Shown in pieces: positions 49,247 to 59,933 of a stretch of 64,000 bases of DNA. A program made the translations under genes and the position numbers. The stretch's first letter is position 1; each line of letters opens with the position of its first letter. The stretch comes from Acidobacteriota bacterium. GTDB taxonomy: Bacteria > Acidobacteriota > UBA6911 > RPQK01 > JADFOI01. Under the pieces are notes generated by a model. It saw only the letters and a list, made by a program, of their open reading frames with translations. It ran no database searches and was not told the origin of the DNA. The stretch lies in NCBI GenBank assembly GCA_963663035.1, contig OY760074.1:2144001-2208000 (forward strand). Direction: 5' to 3'.

Positions 49247-50259
49247 AAGAGCGATATTCCCGCCAGATTCTCTTTTCTGCCATCGGAGAAGCAGGACAGA
49301 AAAAGATTCGGGCCTCTCAGGTCGTGCTCGTCGGCTGTGGGGCCCTGGGAACGGTCAGCTCGGAGATGTTAACGAGGGCCGGTGTGGGCAAGTTGACCTT
49401 GATCGACCGTGACTTCGTCGAAGAAAGCAATCTTCAGCGGCAGAGCCTCTTTACCGAACAAGACGCTCAGCGGGGACTTCCAAAGGCGGCCGCTGCCCAA
49501 AGAGCGCTCCGTGCCATCAATTCCGATGTAGAAGTCAAGGGAGTGATCGAAGACGTCACCTGGCAGAACATCGACAAGTTGTGCCAAGGGTGTGACCTCA
49601 TTATGGATGGCACGGACAACTTTGAGACCCGCTTTCTGATCAATGACTTCGCAGTCAAGCGAGAGATCCCCTGGATTTATGGAGCTTGTGTGGGAAGTTA
49701 TGGAGTGGCCTTTGCCTTCCAGCCTAAGATTTCAGCCTGTCTCCAATGCCTGTTTGAGAAACCGACGGAAGTCGGAACGACAGAAACCTGTGATACTGCG
49801 GGGATCCTTGCTTCAATCGTTCATGTCATCGCAGCTTTTCAGGTTGCCCAGGGAATGAAGCTTTTGGTTGGAGAGTCTCCCTCTCAGGAAATTCTCCAAA
49901 TTGATGTGTGGAGCGGAATTTGGCAGACGATAGCAGCCGCAAGAGCGCGCAGCTCCGAGTGTGGGTGTTGTGGTCAACACCAATTTCGCTTTCTGGAAGG
50001 ACAGGAGGAGGCACAGCTGACACGCTTGTGTGGTCGCAACGCGGTTCAGATCTGTCCGCCCCGCACGACCCGTTCAGACTTTCAGAAAATCTCCAAACGC
50101 CTGGACAAGACTGCCCAAGTCGATTTGAATGAATTCTTGATGAAGATTCGAGTTGACGGGTACGAAATTGCGCTGTTTTCCGATGGGCGCTCCATCATTC
50201 GAGGAACGAACGACTTCACCGAGGCTCGAGCCGTCTATGCCAAATATATTGGAAATTGA
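49243..50259 (+). CDS. ThiF/MoeB family adenylyltransferase
   Basis: RYSRQILF, GCGALG, DRDFVEESNLQRQ, CLQC, TCDTAG. Confidence 0.92.
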   Translation: MKERYSRQILFSAIGEAGQKKIRASQVVLVGCGALGTVSSEMLTRAGVGKLTLIDRDFVEESNLQRQSLFTEQDAQRGLPKAAAAQRALRAINSDVEVKGVIEDVTWQNIDKLCQGCDLIMDGTDNFETRFLINDFAVKREIPWIYGACVGSYGVAFAFQPKISACLQCLFEKPTEVGTTETCDTAGILASIVHVIAAFQVAQGMKLLVGESPSQEILQIDVWSGIWQTIAAARARSSECGCCGQHQFRFLEGQEEAQLTRLCGRNAVQICPPRTTRSDFQKISKRLDKTAQVDLNEFLMKIRVDGYEIALFSDGRSIIRGTNDFTEARAVYAKYIGN

Positions 50260-50301
50260 ATGAAATAGGAGACAGGAGGTCTGAGTCAGGAGATAGAGAA
50301 T

Positions 50302-51123
50302 ATGAGAATCAAAAAGTCGGAATCCCGAATCCAGGTGTCAGGTGTTAGCTGTCAGCTGTCAGCTGTCAGTTGTCTGCTGCTCCTTGTCTGTTTTCAGTTC
50401 TCAATCCTTACGGCGAAGGCCGCACAACACCCCAAAGCCACTGAAGTCGTAGCGGCCGCTATTGAGGCAATGGGGGGAAAGAACTACCTGGAGGTCAAGA
50501 ATTATCACAAGATTGGGCGATACTTCATCTTCGATCAGAGGGGTCGTAGCAGCTTCACGAATTTCTCTGACTGGACAGTCTTGGAACCCATAAAATGGCG
50601 CTTCCAGCTAGGAGAGGACAAGCGCCAGCAAGTACAGATCTACAATCTGGAGATTGGAAAAGGATGGACCCTCGAGGGAGAGAGCTCAGTGGAAGAAATA
50701 ACTGAGGAGGAGGTACGGGAGTTTGAAGTGGAGGTCCAGAGAGACATCGATATTCTCCTGAGAGAGCGCGTGGATGAAGAAGGCATGAGTCTTTTTTACT
50801 ATGGGCCGGAGGAAATTGCCGGTTCAGGCGAGTACGAAGCCGTAGAATTTCTCGATGCCACCAATTTCTCGGTGGTGATCTTTTTTGACCTGCAGAGCCA
50901 TCTTCCATCGAAAATGGAGACTTACGTCACCAATAGGGCAGGGGTTCGTCAGAAACATGAAACTGAATTTGCCAACTGGCACACCATTCAGGGAGTTCAC
51001 ACTCCCCTGCGTAGTGACCACTTCACTGACGGAGAGATGTCGAGACAGATTTTCATTCAAGAGGTCACCTTCGATGAAGATATTCCTCCCACATACTTCC
51101 TGGAACCCCAGCCGGAGAAGTAA
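50302..51123 (+). CDS. Hypothetical exported protein; heptamer repeats in the signal-peptide region
   Basis: ORF with hydrophobic N-region ending ..AKA; AIEAMGG motif; VSCQLSAVSC encoded by tcagctg repeats. Confidence 0.7.
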   Translation: MRIKKSESRIQVSGVSCQLSAVSCLLLLVCFQFSILTAKAAQHPKATEVVAAAIEAMGGKNYLEVKNYHKIGRYFIFDQRGRSSFTNFSDWTVLEPIKWRFQLGEDKRQQVQIYNLEIGKGWTLEGESSVEEITEEEVREFEVEVQRDIDILLRERVDEEGMSLFYYGPEEIAGSGEYEAVEFLDATNFSVVIFFDLQSHLPSKMETYVTNRAGVRQKHETEFANWHTIQGVHTPLRSDHFTDGEMSRQIFIQEVTFDEDIPPTYFLEPQPEK

Positions 51124-51219
51124 CGCGAAGCGGCTGACAACAATGATCCGCTGAGAACCTTCTGATCCTAGACTGTATCTTCCATACAACATTCTTGTGG
51201 CACACCGGCTACAGTCAAA

Positions 51220-51236
51220 CTGGCACTGAAACTGTA
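51220..51236 (+). promoter_or_regulatory. Possible sigma54 -24/-12 site upstream of lpxC
   Basis: cTGGCACtgaaaCTGTA: correct spacing but GT instead of GC at -12. Confidence 0.3.
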
Positions 51237-51333
51237 CAATGCCCATGTCTCTTGTGTTTTAATCTTTGGTTCACTTCTTGCTTGAAGGTTTCCTGTTCCG
51301 GCAAAGACTAACAGTTGAGTTGAGACTACTCAT

Positions 51334-52245
51334 ATGCAAACAACCATCAGGAAGCCGGTTAAAATCTCCGGAATCGGCCTTCACACTGGTTGTCAGGTAT
51401 CGCTGGAGTTAAACCCAGCACCAGCGAACACCGGGATCGTCTTCCGGCGTGTGGATCTCCAAAAGTTCCAAATCGAAGCCTTACGCAAACGGGTTTCCCG
51501 TGTTGTCTTGGCCACCACGCTGATGAAACGCGGGGTAATGCTCTCAACGGTGGAACACCTCTTATCTGCTCTTTTCGGCCTCGGTCTCGACAACCTGTAC
51601 ATCGACATCAACTCCCTGGAGGTCCCCATTCTGGATGGCTCCGCACTCCCGTTCGTGGAGATGGTGAAAAAGGCGCTGATTCAGCAACAAGACCAGCACC
51701 GGACCTTTCTGAAAGTTCGAAAACCCTTTCGTTTACAGGATGGAGACAAGTTTATTTCAGTTGAACCTTGGCCGACTCTCCGAATCTCCTATGAAATTGA
51801 TTTCACCCATCCAGCCATCGGTCAGCAGGTGCTGGACGTGGAGATGACGCCTGAGATCTACGCCAAAGAGATCGCTTTCGCGCGAACCTTTGGTTTCTAT
51901 TCGGAAGTAGAGGACTTACGCAGAAAAGGACTCATTCGAGGCGGATCCTTTGAGAATGCTGTGGTTTTAAGCGATACGGAAGTCATGAACGGGCCCCTGC
52001 GCTCTCCAGACGAGTTTGTCCGGCACAAGATGCTGGACCTGATCGGTGACATTTCCCTGTGTGGTTTTCCTCTCGTTTGCCACATCAGGGCTGTCAAAGC
52101 GGGCCACGCTCTGCACACTGACCTGGCAACGGTCCTGGCACGTGATCCCACACTGTGCCAAAAGGTCGAGGAGTCTGAGGTTACCCTCCCAGGCAGTCAA
52201 CTTTTAGTCCAGACAGGAGGTAGGAGTCAGCCAGACAGGAGGTAG
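51334..52245 (+). CDS. lpxC: UDP-3-O-acyl-GlcNAc deacetylase
   Basis: GIGLHTG, TVEHLLSAL, EVPILDGS, ARTFGF, RHKMLDLIGD. Confidence 0.97.
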   Translation: MQTTIRKPVKISGIGLHTGCQVSLELNPAPANTGIVFRRVDLQKFQIEALRKRVSRVVLATTLMKRGVMLSTVEHLLSALFGLGLDNLYIDINSLEVPILDGSALPFVEMVKKALIQQQDQHRTFLKVRKPFRLQDGDKFISVEPWPTLRISYEIDFTHPAIGQQVLDVEMTPEIYAKEIAFARTFGFYSEVEDLRRKGLIRGGSFENAVVLSDTEVMNGPLRSPDEFVRHKMLDLIGDISLCGFPLVCHIRAVKAGHALHTDLATVLARDPTLCQKVEESEVTLPGSQLLVQTGGRSQPDRR

Positions 52246-52440
52246 GAGTCAGGAGAAAGAATCCAGAATCCGAAACATCTCTGGACCCAGGAACCACAGA
52301 CACTTGGCAACAGACCAGTGTGCCTCCTACCTCCTACCTCCTACCTCCTACCTCCTACCTCCTACCTCCTACCTCCTACCTCCTACCTCCTGCCTCCTGC
52401 CTCCTACCTCCTGCCTCCTGTCCCCTGTCCCCTCCCTCCT
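52210..52440. repeat. Inverted heptamer pair with long cctacct tract
   Basis: agacaggaggtaggagtcag x2 ... (cctacct)n/(cctgcct)n. Confidence 0.9.
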
Positions 52441-52448
52441 GCTATAAT
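52440..52448 (+). promoter_or_regulatory. Extended -10 promoter for the amidase operon
   Basis: TGcTATAAT directly after the repeat tract, 12 nt before ATG. Confidence 0.55.
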
Positions 52449-52460
52449 GACTCCAGCTGA

Positions 52461-54023
52461 ATGTTACCAAGACGCTTCACCAATCTCCTCCTAACATACT
52501 GGCTGACTTCCTGCTGTGTGTTCTGTTTCCTCTCTGCAGCCGCACTGTCTGAGGATCTTGAAGTCTGGATTGGAGAAAGTAAGCGTACGATCCACTCCCA
52601 GCAGCGGGAAAATCAGACATTATACCCACTCGAGGACTTCGCTGAGATTGTTGGTTTGGAGCTGCTCGAGATCGGAGACCTCTTGACGGTTGAAGGGCCG
52701 CGGGGGAAATTGCAGCTGGTGGATGGGCGCCCTCTGGTAAGCTTTGAGGCCGAATATATCCTTCTGTCGGCCCCGGCCTGGAAAAGAGACTCCAATGACT
52801 GGTATGTGAGTGAAGATTTCTTAACTTGGGCCTTACCCCTGGTGATCAACCGCAGGCTTGATAAGGTATCTGAGAAGCGGTATCGGTTGCAGGGACTGCC
52901 TGAAAACCAGGTCCAGGTAAGTGTGAACAACTTTCCGGATCACGTAAGAGTGGTTTTCCAATCCAGTCGAAATTCTCCGATTCGAGTTAGAGAATTCGAG
53001 ACCTACATCCAGATCGCATTCGACGAGTTACTGGTTCAGCCAGAGTTTCCTGCGATTTCCCCGGATCGGCGTCTGGTTTCTTCCGTGGACTTTGACTCCA
53101 GCAATGTCTACGGAACCTTCCACATCCACAAAGGGGATCTCTATTACAACTTTCGGGAGTTCACACTGACCGATCCAGACCGAAAGGTCATTGATGTCTA
53201 TGGCCAGCCCTCCATGTCGGATTGGCGTCCCGACACCCAACCCGCTTCTCCTGAGCGGCCAACCTTTGGTGCGTCGACACCTTTCCCGCAACCCAATATC
53301 GGAGGAGAGACTCCAGCGCCCTCACAGCAGACACTGCAAACACTCATCACAATCGATCCAGGTCATGGGGGTAAGGATTTCGGCGTGAATTCGCCACAGG
53401 GAATTGTGGAGAAAAGCGTGACCTTGAGGGTCGCCATGCGCATTGAAGACTTGCTCACAGAAATGGGGCATCGGGGCATCCTGACTCGCACTCGAGATGT
53501 GCAGTTGGCAGTTGAGCAGAGAGGATCAGTGGGAAATCATTATAGCTCTCAAGTCTACCTCAGCATTCACGTCGGGGGCTCGCCGTCTCCCGAGACACGA
53601 GGGCCTGTCGTCTACCTGCACAAGTACTTAGAGGACGAAGAACCACTGGTAATGGACACAAATCAGGAGGCGGCATCATTTTTCCCACGCAGACTGATGG
53701 CCCCGCTGAGGCTGCCGGTTGAGAACAAGGATGAGCTCGTTTCCTGGGACGAGGGCCAAGAGCAGTATCTTGGCATAAGCCGGGAACTGGCCGAGCTACT
53801 TCAGGGGGAGCTCAACTTGCTCTGGGGAGTCGAGAACAGAGTGGCCGAAATTCCTTTGGCCGTTTTGGCACCTGTCACAGCACCAGCGGTGCTGATCGAG
53901 ATGGGCTTTCTGACCAACGCAGCGGACCACGACAAACTCAGCTCAAGGGAGTTTCAGGAGCAGATCGCCCAAGCCATAACCTCTGCAGTACTCGCGTTCC
54001 TGGCAAAGAACCCGGCTGAGTAA
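52461..54023 (+). CDS. N-acetylmuramoyl-L-alanine amidase (Amidase_3)
   Basis: IDPGHGG.D.G, EK, SIH, AVLIEMGFLTN. Confidence 0.9.
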   Translation: MLPRRFTNLLLTYWLTSCCVFCFLSAAALSEDLEVWIGESKRTIHSQQRENQTLYPLEDFAEIVGLELLEIGDLLTVEGPRGKLQLVDGRPLVSFEAEYILLSAPAWKRDSNDWYVSEDFLTWALPLVINRRLDKVSEKRYRLQGLPENQVQVSVNNFPDHVRVVFQSSRNSPIRVREFETYIQIAFDELLVQPEFPAISPDRRLVSSVDFDSSNVYGTFHIHKGDLYYNFREFTLTDPDRKVIDVYGQPSMSDWRPDTQPASPERPTFGASTPFPQPNIGGETPAPSQQTLQTLITIDPGHGGKDFGVNSPQGIVEKSVTLRVAMRIEDLLTEMGHRGILTRTRDVQLAVEQRGSVGNHYSSQVYLSIHVGGSPSPETRGPVVYLHKYLEDEEPLVMDTNQEAASFFPRRLMAPLRLPVENKDELVSWDEGQEQYLGISRELAELLQGELNLLWGVENRVAEIPLAVLAPVTAPAVLIEMGFLTNAADHDKLSSREFQEQIAQAITSAVLAFLAKNPAE

Positions 54024-54041
54024 TCGCAGAATTGGAGTAAC

Positions 54042-54677
54042 GTGAAGATGAAAAGGCAACGGTCCATCCTCAGCTCTGGGATGGACTCGCTGAGAAAAGA
54101 ACATCAGACCATACTCATAGCATTGGGACTGGTCTTTCTGGTCATCATCATCGCTTACTCTTTCTATGCTGTAGAGCGCCAGCATCAGGAGGCTTTGAGA
54201 GAAGCGGAGGAGAACAGGCTCGATGTCGAAGCAAGCGCTCTAGAGGCACAAAGCTCGGGCCAGCTTTCGGTTCAGCTGTACTTTTATCAGCCTGGCGTCA
54301 TGGCACCCTATCCCGATCTGCTGATCTCTGAAAAACGATCAATATTTCTGACGGAAGACATCATCCTTAACGCCCGTCAAATTGTTCATGAGGTCATCAA
54401 AGGCCCCACTGTGCTTGAGGGTCTTCAGATCTTCTCCGAAGCAGCCAAACTGCGACAGGTTTATTTACTGGAAGACGGAACCGCTCTTGTAGATCTCTCC
54501 CAAGAGGTCATCTACCCACTGATAGGCGGTGTAGCAGCTGAGCTTTCGGCACTTTACTCGATTACTCGTTCGCTCACCGAAAACCTAGAGGAAATCAAAC
54601 GGATCAGGTTTTTGATCGAGGGTCAGGAACGAGCCACTCTTGCGGGACACGTTTCCATCCGCGAACCCTTTATGTAG
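54042..54677 (+). CDS. GerMN domain protein
   Basis: TM anchor, IKGP, A.VDLS, YSITRSL, LIEG....TLAGH. Confidence 0.88.
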   Translation: MKMKRQRSILSSGMDSLRKEHQTILIALGLVFLVIIIAYSFYAVERQHQEALREAEENRLDVEASALEAQSSGQLSVQLYFYQPGVMAPYPDLLISEKRSIFLTEDIILNARQIVHEVIKGPTVLEGLQIFSEAAKLRQVYLLEDGTALVDLSQEVIYPLIGGVAAELSALYSITRSLTENLEEIKRIRFLIEGQERATLAGHVSIREPFM

Positions 54678-54688
54678 AATATTGCAAA

Positions 54689-55489
54689 ATGCCCCCCGAA
54701 AGAGAAGACAACCGCCAGCCCAATCAACTGAGAACTGTAAAGATAACACCGAGCTGCAGTAAGCACGCTGAAGGTTCGGCACTCATTGAGTTTGGGGATA
54801 CCCGTGTGATTTGTACCGCCAGCGTTGAAGAGAAGGTCCCTTCCTTCTTGCGTGGTACTGGAAAGGGCTGGATTACTGCGGAATATGGCATGCTCCCGCG
54901 TTCGACAGGAACAAGAATGACAAGGGAGTCCACCAAAGGGAAGCCATCCGGCCGAACCCAGGAAATTCAAAGACTGATCGGACGATCACTTCGTTCCGTT
55001 GTCGACATGCAAGCCCTAAAGGACCGGACAATCTGGTTGGATTGTGATGTGCTTCAAGCGGACGGGGGTACCCGCACGGCTTCTATCACCGGTGCCTTTG
55101 TCGCAATGGCCATGGCGATAGCTAGACTCCAGAAGGCAGGAATGCTGGATCAGCCCCCTCTTTTGGATTATGTCGGAGCTGTTAGCGTTGGTATTCTCGC
55201 CGGAGAACCCTATCTTGATCTCGCTTACCTAGAAGATGTGGCTGCCGAAGTGGACATGAACGTGGTGATGACCGGACAGGGTTTCTATGTTGAAGTTCAG
55301 GGAACAGCTGAGGAAGAGCCATTTTCACAACTACAGTTAGAAGCGCTGCTGGACTTTGCAAAGGAAGGCATCAAAGAACTGATCACGCACCAGCGCCTTG
55401 TCCTCGAGGAACAAGTCGAAAACTTAACAGATCTGTTTCACCGTGAATCCGACCCAAAGATTGCGATTTCTTCTGGCGACCTACAATAA
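54689..55489 (+). CDS. rph: Ribonuclease PH
   Basis: [41 protein letters not shown]. Confidence 0.97.
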   Translation: MPPEREDNRQPNQLRTVKITPSCSKHAEGSALIEFGDTRVICTASVEEKVPSFLRGTGKGWITAEYGMLPRSTGTRMTRESTKGKPSGRTQEIQRLIGRSLRSVVDMQALKDRTIWLDCDVLQADGGTRTASITGAFVAMAMAIARLQKAGMLDQPPLLDYVGAVSVGILAGEPYLDLAYLEDVAAEVDMNVVMTGQGFYVEVQGTAEEEPFSQLQLEALLDFAKEGIKELITHQRLVLEEQVENLTDLFHRESDPKIAISSGDLQ

Positions 55490-56051
55490 GGGAAAAGTCC
55501 GGGAGATCCGTTCGGCCCTCTCGAAATTCAACATCGAGTTCGACTCTCTGCCTGAACAAGGTCATTTTTCCCAGGCTCTTGAGGTGGGTTCAACTTTCGC
55601 TGAGAACGCGCGCCTCAAGGCTGAGCACTACTACCAATTGAGCGGAAGCCCCACGCTGGCTGAAGACTCGGGGCTCCTGGTGGAGGCTCTCGACGGCAAA
55701 CCGGGAGTGCATTCAGCTCGCTTTGCTCCCACCGACAAAGAGCGGGTAGAGAAGCTCTTGCAAATGTTGGACTCCATTTCCAGTCCCTTCTCCAGAGGTG
55801 CCCGTTTTGTGTCCGCCATCTGCCTCCTTCTGCCCGATCACCTGATTGAAGTGACGGGAGAGGTTCAAGGAGAGTTGACCAGGGAACCAAGAGGTACCCA
55901 TGGTTTCGGTTATGACCCGATTTTTTACTACCCTCCACTGGAAAAAACCTTTGCCCAGCTAACCACCGAAGGAAAGAACAGAGTCTCGCATCGAGCTCGT
56001 GCTCTGGAGAAGCTAAGTGTCTCGCTCCATAAATACGGTGGTGTTTGCTGA
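55443..56051 (+). CDS. rdgB: RdgB/HAM1 non-canonical purine NTP pyrophosphatase; C-terminus from a family B element
   Basis: [35 protein letters not shown]. Confidence 0.95.
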   Translation: MNPTQRLRFLLATYNKGKVREIRSALSKFNIEFDSLPEQGHFSQALEVGSTFAENARLKAEHYYQLSGSPTLAEDSGLLVEALDGKPGVHSARFAPTDKERVEKLLQMLDSISSPFSRGARFVSAICLLLPDHLIEVTGEVQGELTREPRGTHGFGYDPIFYYPPLEKTFAQLTTEGKNRVSHRARALEKLSVSLHKYGGVC

Positions 56052-56291
56052 TGGGGCCTTGCGAGGGGAGATCAAGGAACGAGGAGGAGGAGATGTAGAG
56101 ACATCGGCGACGACGAGTGACACAGAGATCGCCCGCAACCCCCATTAGCCCGATGGGTGGCGGCGGGACAGCGTCGATTTCTTTGTCGCTCCTCCTCCCC
56201 GATGCACATTGACATCGCGTCGTCGTCGCTTCGTGAACTCAACGCCGTCGCGCTCGCCACAAACGTCATCGTATTTATGGAACGAGACACT
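56016..56291. mobile_element. Family B 276-bp element, copy 2
   Basis: Arms agtgtctcgctccataaatacg / cgtatttatggaacgagacact; colinear with 25460-25735. Confidence 0.85.
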
Positions 56292-56325
56292 CAGATCAGG
56301 TTGGAGCTTGAGGACTGGTAAGTTG

Positions 56326-56575
56326 AGCCCGCATTTCTCACACCAGGTCGTCGCGGAGCGGCGGAAGGGCCGGAAAACAGAGCCGTGGGCTTTAGCCCAC
56401 GGGGCCCGCAGGCTAAAGCCTGCGGCTCCGACTGGCGCGTGACCCGCAAGCGCCATCATATCTATGAAGCGAGGCACTAAGGAGGCCGAGGGGTACCCGC
56501 ATGTGCGGGTCGCGCAACGCAGTCAGGTCGGATCATTGCGCCGATGTAGTAGAGCGGGTGTGAGAAGTGCGGGCT
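56326..56575. mobile_element. Family A element, copy 3, with an orphan family B arm inside
   Basis: Arms agcccgcatttctcacacc / ggtgtgagaagtgcgggct; close to 10790-10992 plus ..tatgaagcgaggcactaag at about 56451-56481. Confidence 0.8.
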
Positions 56576-58626
56576 AAGACCCGTTCCAGCCCTTCTACCG
56601 TAGTGGTGGGTTCCTGGCAGGCGTAGTTCCTGCAAACGTAAACAGTTGCTCGATCTTCGATGGCAGTCTTGCCTTCTAACAGTGGGATCTTCTGGCCGAG
56701 CTCTGCATCAGACCTTTCCATAAAGGCTAGCACCTTGTGGGGTAGAAACCTCACCCTCACTGGTTCAAGCAGGACCTCCCGCTCAGATTGCTCACCCACA
56801 ACGGCAATTTCCTGAGCCGGACCCAACAAAAAATCCAAAGCTTGCAGCCAGTATCCAAAGGCTGAGGGAGCTTGAGAAAGTCCTCCCGAAATCTGGCCCA
56901 GCATTCGTTGGGCTCTCTCCCCATACTCCGTCTTCCCCAGCAAAACTGCTAAACGGAGGAGATTCAGACAGGTCACCGCGTTCCCAGAGGGGGTGGCGTT
57001 GTCCAGGTGTTCTTTTTGCCGAACCAAGAGGGTCTCATGATCAGAGGAGGTAAAATAAAAATCACCTCTCTCATCATCCTGAAAGAGCTCAACTTGTCTC
57101 TCCATAAGACGAGCAGCATGCTCTAGCCAACGAATCTGCCCGGTCAACTGGTAAGTCGCCAGCCATCCTTCAATCACCAGGGCATAGTCTTCCATATACC
57201 CGTTGAGATGTGCTTTTCCATTCCTCCAACAGCGAAGCATCCGTCCCTCTCTCATCATTTCTGAGGCCAGAAACTCTGCGTTTCTCAGAGCGATTTCCAG
57301 GAACTTACGATTGTTCAAAACAAAGGCTGCCTCTGCAAAAGTGGTGAGCATCATCCCATTCCAGGCACTCAGCACTTTGTCATCCAGTCTCGGTTTGACC
57401 CGCTCTCCGCGCACCTTGAGAAGCTTTCGGCGAGCCTCGAGCAAAAGGCGATTCACGTCCTCGACAGACCTGCCCAGAGACTTGCTCAAGCCACCGAGAT
57501 CCAGGCGGTGGTGCAAAATGTTTTTCCCTTCGAAGTTCCCAGAGCCAGTCACATCAAAGTAGTCGTTGAAGAGTTTGGCATCTTCCCTGCCCAAGACTGC
57601 TTTCACCTGGGCAGGAGTCCAGAAATAAAACTTTCCTTCTTCCCCCTCACTGTCAGCGTCCTGGGATGAGTAAAAACCCCCGCCGGGATCTATCAGCTCG
57701 CGCTCGACGTATCCCAGAGTCTCCTCCACAATTTCACGGTAATAAGAATCGCCGGTGACCTGATAAGCCTCCAGGTAGAGTCGCGCCAGCAGAGCATTGT
57801 CGTATAGCATCTTTTCGAAATGAGGGACCAACCAACGCTCGTCCACAGCGTAGCGGTGAAAGCCCCCGCCTAACTGATCGTAGATTCCACCGCGAGCCAT
57901 CTCGTCAAGGCTGAGCTTGACCATCTCAAGGGCGGCCCCACTGCCCGTACGCTGGTGGTATCGAAGCAAATAGCCCAGAACCATAGCGCTGGGGAACTTG
58001 GGAGCGCCTCCAAAGCCACCGTACTCCCTGTCGAATTGAGGGAGTACCCTGGTGTACGCATCTTCCAGCAGTCCTTCCTCCAGTTGCCCGTCACTGGTTT
58101 CCCACTGCGACACTTGCTTCAATCTTTGAACGATCTCCTCCCGGTTCTTGTCCAGTTCCCCACGACGAGTTCGGTAGGTTTCAGCGAGGCCTCTCAACAC
58201 CCGCTTAAATCCGGGACGCCCATAAGAGTCCTCTGGAGGGAAATATGTACCCCCGAAGAAAGGCACCTGGTCGGGGCTGAGAAAGACGGTCAAGGGCCAT
58301 CCCCCGCTTCCAGTGGTCATCTGGACAAAGTTCATGTAGATGGCATCCAAATCGGGGCGTTCTTCCCGATCCACCTTAATGTTGATGAAGTTTTCATTCA
58401 TGAGCACGGCAATTTCTTCATCCTCAAAGGACTGATCCTCCATGACGTGGCACCAGTGGCAGGCCGAATATCCAATGCTCAGTAGAATGGGTTTGTCTTG
58501 TTCCCGTGCCGCGCTGAGAGCTTCTTCGCCCCAGGCATACCACTCAACCGGGTTGTGGGCATGCTGAAGAAGATAAGGACTGCTCTCATGGATCAGACGG
58601 TTGGCACGCTTTTCCGCTGGGGGCAT
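56533..58626 (-). CDS. Thioredoxin-domain protein of the YyaL/SSP411 (DUF255) family
   Basis: [39 protein letters not shown]. Confidence 0.95.
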   Translation of the reverse strand: MPPAEKRANRLIHESSPYLLQHAHNPVEWYAWGEEALSAAREQDKPILLSIGYSACHWCHVMEDQSFEDEEIAVLMNENFINIKVDREERPDLDAIYMNFVQMTTGSGGWPLTVFLSPDQVPFFGGTYFPPEDSYGRPGFKRVLRGLAETYRTRRGELDKNREEIVQRLKQVSQWETSDGQLEEGLLEDAYTRVLPQFDREYGGFGGAPKFPSAMVLGYLLRYHQRTGSGAALEMVKLSLDEMARGGIYDQLGGGFHRYAVDERWLVPHFEKMLYDNALLARLYLEAYQVTGDSYYREIVEETLGYVERELIDPGGGFYSSQDADSEGEEGKFYFWTPAQVKAVLGREDAKLFNDYFDVTGSGNFEGKNILHHRLDLGGLSKSLGRSVEDVNRLLLEARRKLLKVRGERVKPRLDDKVLSAWNGMMLTTFAEAAFVLNNRKFLEIALRNAEFLASEMMREGRMLRCWRNGKAHLNGYMEDYALVIEGWLATYQLTGQIRWLEHAARLMERQVELFQDDERGDFYFTSSDHETLLVRQKEHLDNATPSGNAVTCLNLLRLAVLLGKTEYGERAQRMLGQISGGLSQAPSAFGYWLQALDFLLGPAQEIAVVGEQSEREVLLEPVRVRFLPHKVLAFMERSDAELGQKIPLLEGKTAIEDRATVYVCRNYACQEPTTTVEGLERVLARTSHTRSTTSAQ

Positions 58627-58703
58627 AACTTACAGGACTGTATCACAGGAGTTAGGAGCAGGAATCAACGGTCAGCTGTCAGTTGTCAGTGGCCGCCGTT
58701 TCC

Positions 58704-59582
58704 CTACTGGCTGCTCTTGAGGAGAAACTGGATACCTTCGACGGTAAAGGAAATTCCCTCTGCACCCACCTCAAATGGTCCTTCCTCGTGGAAGACAACA
58801 TCCGGTGAAAGGGTGATGGTGCCGTCCGCTCCTCGGACAATCATGTCCCCAGCTATTGTTTCGACTGTTACGGTTTTGACTTTTAACACGATCGGACCAG
58901 GAATTTGCTCACTTAACACAAGAAAGCTCACCGATTCCTCGGAATGGTAGATCTCTGCCTCCGGGACTTCTGAGTCTTCCAGGACCAGCAGGTACTCGTG
59001 GGTTTCGACAAAGCTTTCCTGGGTGCTCTCCCCGCCAATTCCGGCGGCAATCTCCACAAACAGGAGGTCAGAGTTCCCCCCAACGTAAATGATGACAGCA
59101 ATCACCATGACAGCGGCTACAGCCAGGCGTCGCCAGGGAAAGTGGAGAGACTGTGCCTGCCGGCCCCAAAAGGCCAAGACAAGAGGAATCAGTAACAGGA
59201 GCAGATCCTGCCAAAAGGCCTCCCCTGGGGTACGCTCAATCAGGCTGCCAAAACAACCGCAGGCAGCATCCTCATCCCGCAGTCCATTCAGGACGAGCCA
59301 GTAATTGCGGCCGGTGAGAAAGAGGAAAAAGCTCACCAGGAGAGTGGTGGGAAACAGGACCCAAAGTCTACGGACCCCCAAAATCAGGACAACTCCCAGT
59401 CCCACCTCCAGAGCCAGAGCAATCAGTGTGACGGTTCGAACCGAAAAGAGAAAATCCAGCTCCTCCATCCGGATCTGCTCAGCAAACGCTCCGGGTTCCA
59501 CCGCCTTGGCCACAGCAGCCACCAAGAGAACCAAGCCCAGAAATCCTGCCCCAACAGACCCTAGAATCGATTTCCATTTCAT
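58704..59582 (-). CDS. MauE/DoxX-like membrane protein with a soluble C-terminal domain
   Basis: TM helices with the CGCFG motif. Confidence 0.75.
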   Translation of the reverse strand: MKWKSILGSVGAGFLGLVLLVAAVAKAVEPGAFAEQIRMEELDFLFSVRTVTLIALALEVGLGVVLILGVRRLWVLFPTTLLVSFFLFLTGRNYWLVLNGLRDEDAACGCFGSLIERTPGEAFWQDLLLLLIPLVLAFWGRQAQSLHFPWRRLAVAAVMVIAVIIYVGGNSDLLFVEIAAGIGGESTQESFVETHEYLLVLEDSEVPEAEIYHSEESVSFLVLSEQIPGPIVLKVKTVTVETIAGDMIVRGADGTITLSPDVVFHEEGPFEVGAEGISFTVEGIQFLLKSSQ

Positions 59583-59644
59583 GGATGGTATGCATGGTAC
59601 TGACTTCAAGATACGGACTGCAAGAGTAAACTTGCTCCGCTCGT

Positions 59645-59714
59645 TGTCAGCTGTCAGCTGTCAGTTGTCAGTTGTCAGTTGTCAGTTGTCAGTTGTCAGT
59701 TGTCAGTTGTCAGT
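59645..59714. repeat. (tgtcagY)x10 heptamer tract
   Basis: Direct count of units. Confidence 0.95.
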
Positions 59715-59933
59715 TGTTAAATGATCGCTCTGGACAAGAAAACGGTACCTTCACAGGCAATAAACTGCTACTATTGCATACGGAAGCAGTGTGTGAACCT
59801 CTTGAATCAGTCATTGGTCGACACACCATATTGGGGAAAACTACCAAACGCGGTTTACAAAGAACGTCCTTCTAAGTGTATAATCCAGATTCGGTGTTAC
59901 TTTTAAGCTCATTCTCTGAGAGGAGACAAGAAA

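Noticed and set aside
56072-56477. Short ORFs within the repeat cluster as a transposase
   Set aside because: I recognise no DDE or HUH motifs, and they are incidental frames of the repeats.
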